In this document: in pieces, positions 62,629 through 64,000 of the stretch
Position numbering within the stretch: position 1 is the stretch's first letter
Layout: each line of letters begins with the position of its first letter
DNA from: an uncultured bacterium
Lineage (GTDB): Bacteria; Zixibacteria; MSB-5A5; UBA10806
Length of the DNA stretch: 64,000 nucleotides
Assembly: GCA_965541585.1 (NCBI GenBank)
Contig: CBEUCH010000010.1
Coordinates: forward strand, 61,103 to 125,102
Reading direction: 5' to 3'
The notes under the pieces: generated by a model
What the model was told of the DNA's origin: nothing
Database searches by the model: none
Seen by the model: the letters and a program-made list of their open reading frames with translations, nothing else
Translations under genes and position numbers: made by a program

Positions 62629-62876
62629 GTTTTGCTCCTTTTTCTATTGGATTTGTCTGATTCGAAATCCATTTTAAAATCACGGCCGCTATTTTTTGTT
62701 ATAGATGTTAATACTAACGATCCGGGTACCCATGTTAGTTCCCCGCTTTTTGCGGGCCTGTAACAGTCTACCGTGCAAAAGGGTGGAATTCAAAGCGGTT
62801 TGTCTAACTTGAGGAGCGGTTCAAATATGCAAATTCCTGATCTTATAACAGGACCGATATATGGGGGGGGGAGGTC

Positions 62877-62957
62877 ACAACATTACTATAATATGAAAAG
62901 GCGGCTTCGGGAGTGTATCGACAATAAATTTCCTTGACCGATTTATGGGAGCAGGTC
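62877..62957 (+). repeat. 81-bp direct repeat, copy 1 (copy 2 at 63648-63728), ending in the G-rich 20-bp motif
   Basis: 75/81 identical by manual ungapped alignment. Confidence 0.9.
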
Positions 62958-63095
62958 ACCGGCCCATTTAGAGGTTTGTGTCCCAAAAATGTTGTTTCAA
63001 TAAGGCAAGTAATTTAGGGTTGACACAAATCAATACTTGAGATAGAAACCAACAGCCCAATATAATATTTAAGCGTTTAACTAAGGAGGACGGCA

Positions 63096-63209
63096 ATGCC
63101 AAGTAAGAGGAAAGTTCGTTGCTCCGGCAAGACATCAGCAGGCAAAAGGTGTAAACGCAAGGTGGCGCCTCCAGCGAAACGCTGCCATCTTCACAAGAGA
63201 CAAAGATAA
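63096..63209 (+). CDS. 37-aa basic CCCH zinc-finger-like small protein, below the ORF-track cutoff
   Basis: MPSKRKVRCSGKTSAGKRCKRKVAPPAKRCHLHKRQR; SD AAGGAGG; TATAAT at 63061; terminator directly after. Confidence 0.78.
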   Translation: MPSKRKVRCSGKTSAGKRCKRKVAPPAKRCHLHKRQR

Positions 63210-63221
63210 TGATTTGTCTTA

Positions 63222-63251
63222 GGCGGTTGGATTCATTCCAGCCGCCGTTTT
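63222..63251 (+). terminator. Rho-independent terminator after the small zinc-finger gene
   Basis: GGCGGTTGGA-TTCAT-TCCAGCCGCC followed by GTTTT. Confidence 0.7.
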
Positions 63252-63309
63252 CATCTACCGCCAATAGTTGTACCACATTTTAAGTTATTCTGGACTGTTT
63301 AATAGCTGG

Positions 63310-63329
63310 CCGATCTATGGGGGCAGGTC
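63310..63329 (+). repeat. 20-bp motif CCGATCTATGGGGGCAGGTC (related copies at 62854, 62938 and 63709)
   Basis: Four same-orientation copies within about 900 bp. Confidence 0.8.
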
Positions 63330-63419
63330 AATGGAATGCGGTAATAAGTTGAACCCAGTATGGTTAGTTGATGAACGGGAGTATTCCCCAGAATAATATG
63401 CCGATAGGAGGATAACAGC

Positions 63420-63635
63420 ATGCCCTTGGCTATAGTTTCAATTGCTCTTGGGGTATTAGCTTCGTATTCGGGCATAATAATAATCCCCGTCGCAGGTTTC
63501 GGATTAGGCGCAAGCTCCATGATCCGTGAGAATCGTAAGGAAGATAAGAAGAGTAGTGTTTATTGGGTAGCTGGTATAGGAATCTTCATTAATGCCATCA
63601 GTATTATACTTATGTTCATTTCAGTATACTCTTAA
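63420..63635 (+). CDS. Small hypothetical membrane protein
   Basis: SD AGGAGG; hydrophobic segments separated by a basic loop. Confidence 0.7.
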   Translation: MPLAIVSIALGVLASYSGIIIIPVAGFGLGASSMIRENRKEDKKSSVYWVAGIGIFINAISIILMFISVYS

Positions 63636-63647
63636 TATATCCCTGCG

Positions 63648-63728
63648 ACAACATTACGATAATATGAAAAGGCTGCTTCGGGAGTGTGTCGACAATAGAT
63701 TTCCTGGACCGATTTATGGGGGCAGGTC
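63648..63728 (+). repeat. 81-bp direct repeat, copy 2
   Basis: Matches 62877-62957 with 6 mismatches. Confidence 0.9.
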
Positions 63729-63854
63729 TCACCTTACGAGGCGTTAAGATCTATCTTAAATTAACAAGCCAAATGTCCGGACAGGTCTGGAGGACTACTG
63801 TCACATGCAACGCATTGTTGTGCGGCGGCCAAACCTCACGTTCTTGCTGAGGTG

Positions 63855-64000
63855 TCAAGCGTCCGGACTGCTCACAAACAACAGGACCAAGCCCCCGAAT
63901 GCGGCAAAGACGAAAGAGTCTTTAAAGGAGCCGGCGCCGATCTGTGTCTGCCACATCTGGAACAACACTCCGCCGATCACGATGAATCCGCCGAACCATA
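63855..64000 (-). CDS. C-terminal end of a small integral membrane protein, DUF2165-like (5' end outside the window)
   Basis: Minus frame reads WFGGFIVIGGVLFQMWQTQIGAGSFKDSFVFAAFGGLVLLFVSSPDA-stop. Confidence 0.6.
   Translation of the reverse strand, partial: WFGGFIVIGGVLFQMWQTQIGAGSFKDSFVFAAFGGLVLLFVSSPDA

Noticed and set aside
62968..63276. 102-aa minus-strand ORF
   Set aside because: Antisense shadow of the better supported plus-strand zinc-finger unit, which has promoter, SD and terminator
62854..63728. CRISPR array or integron attC array
   Set aside because: Intervals are irregular (about 85, 370 and 400 bp) and contain genes; no cas or intI gene; no RYYYAAC...GTTRRRY palindromes

Overview
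Bacterial chromosomal window from a diderm organism. LptF/LptG, OmpA, TolC and two large secreted proteins with FlgD/T9SS-type C-terminal domains suggest the FCB group, possibly a Zixibacteria-like lineage (inference only). Bases 1-55.6 kb are mostly housekeeping: the end of the dcw cluster (ftsW-murG-murC-ftsQAZ), mltG/ruvX, an M16 peptidase pair, tilS-hpt-ftsH-folE-folP-cdaA-obgE-dprA-ptsH-ptsI-pgi/pmi-metK-ahcY, lptFG, tgt, tRNA-Leu-tig-clpPX-engB-purA, tolC, trxA, ompA and mazG. A compositionally patchy accessory region follows tRNA-Ser(GGA) (55.6-64 kb). Main points of interest: (1) a Cap12/Pycsar-type TIR domain fused to a ribose-binding/LacI-type sensor domain, next to a tandem SLATT-like membrane protein, inside a 6.1-kb segment bounded by 73-bp direct repeats - a candidate new ligand-gated defence module; (2) small self-contained gene units separated by a recurring CCGATnTATGGGGGCAGGTC motif, one encoding an unannotated 37-aa basic CCCH zinc-finger peptide; (3) an operon of a CxxC-less TrxB-like flavoreductase, an RlmN/Cfr-like radical SAM enzyme lacking the resolving Cys, and a methyltransferase, with a structured uORF leader; (4) an orphan ubiquitin-like gene whose Gly-Gly codons are out of frame; (5) a 40-bp duplication of the ftsZ 3' end around a REP-like palindromic insert. 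All calls come from motif recognition by eye; no database searches were run.
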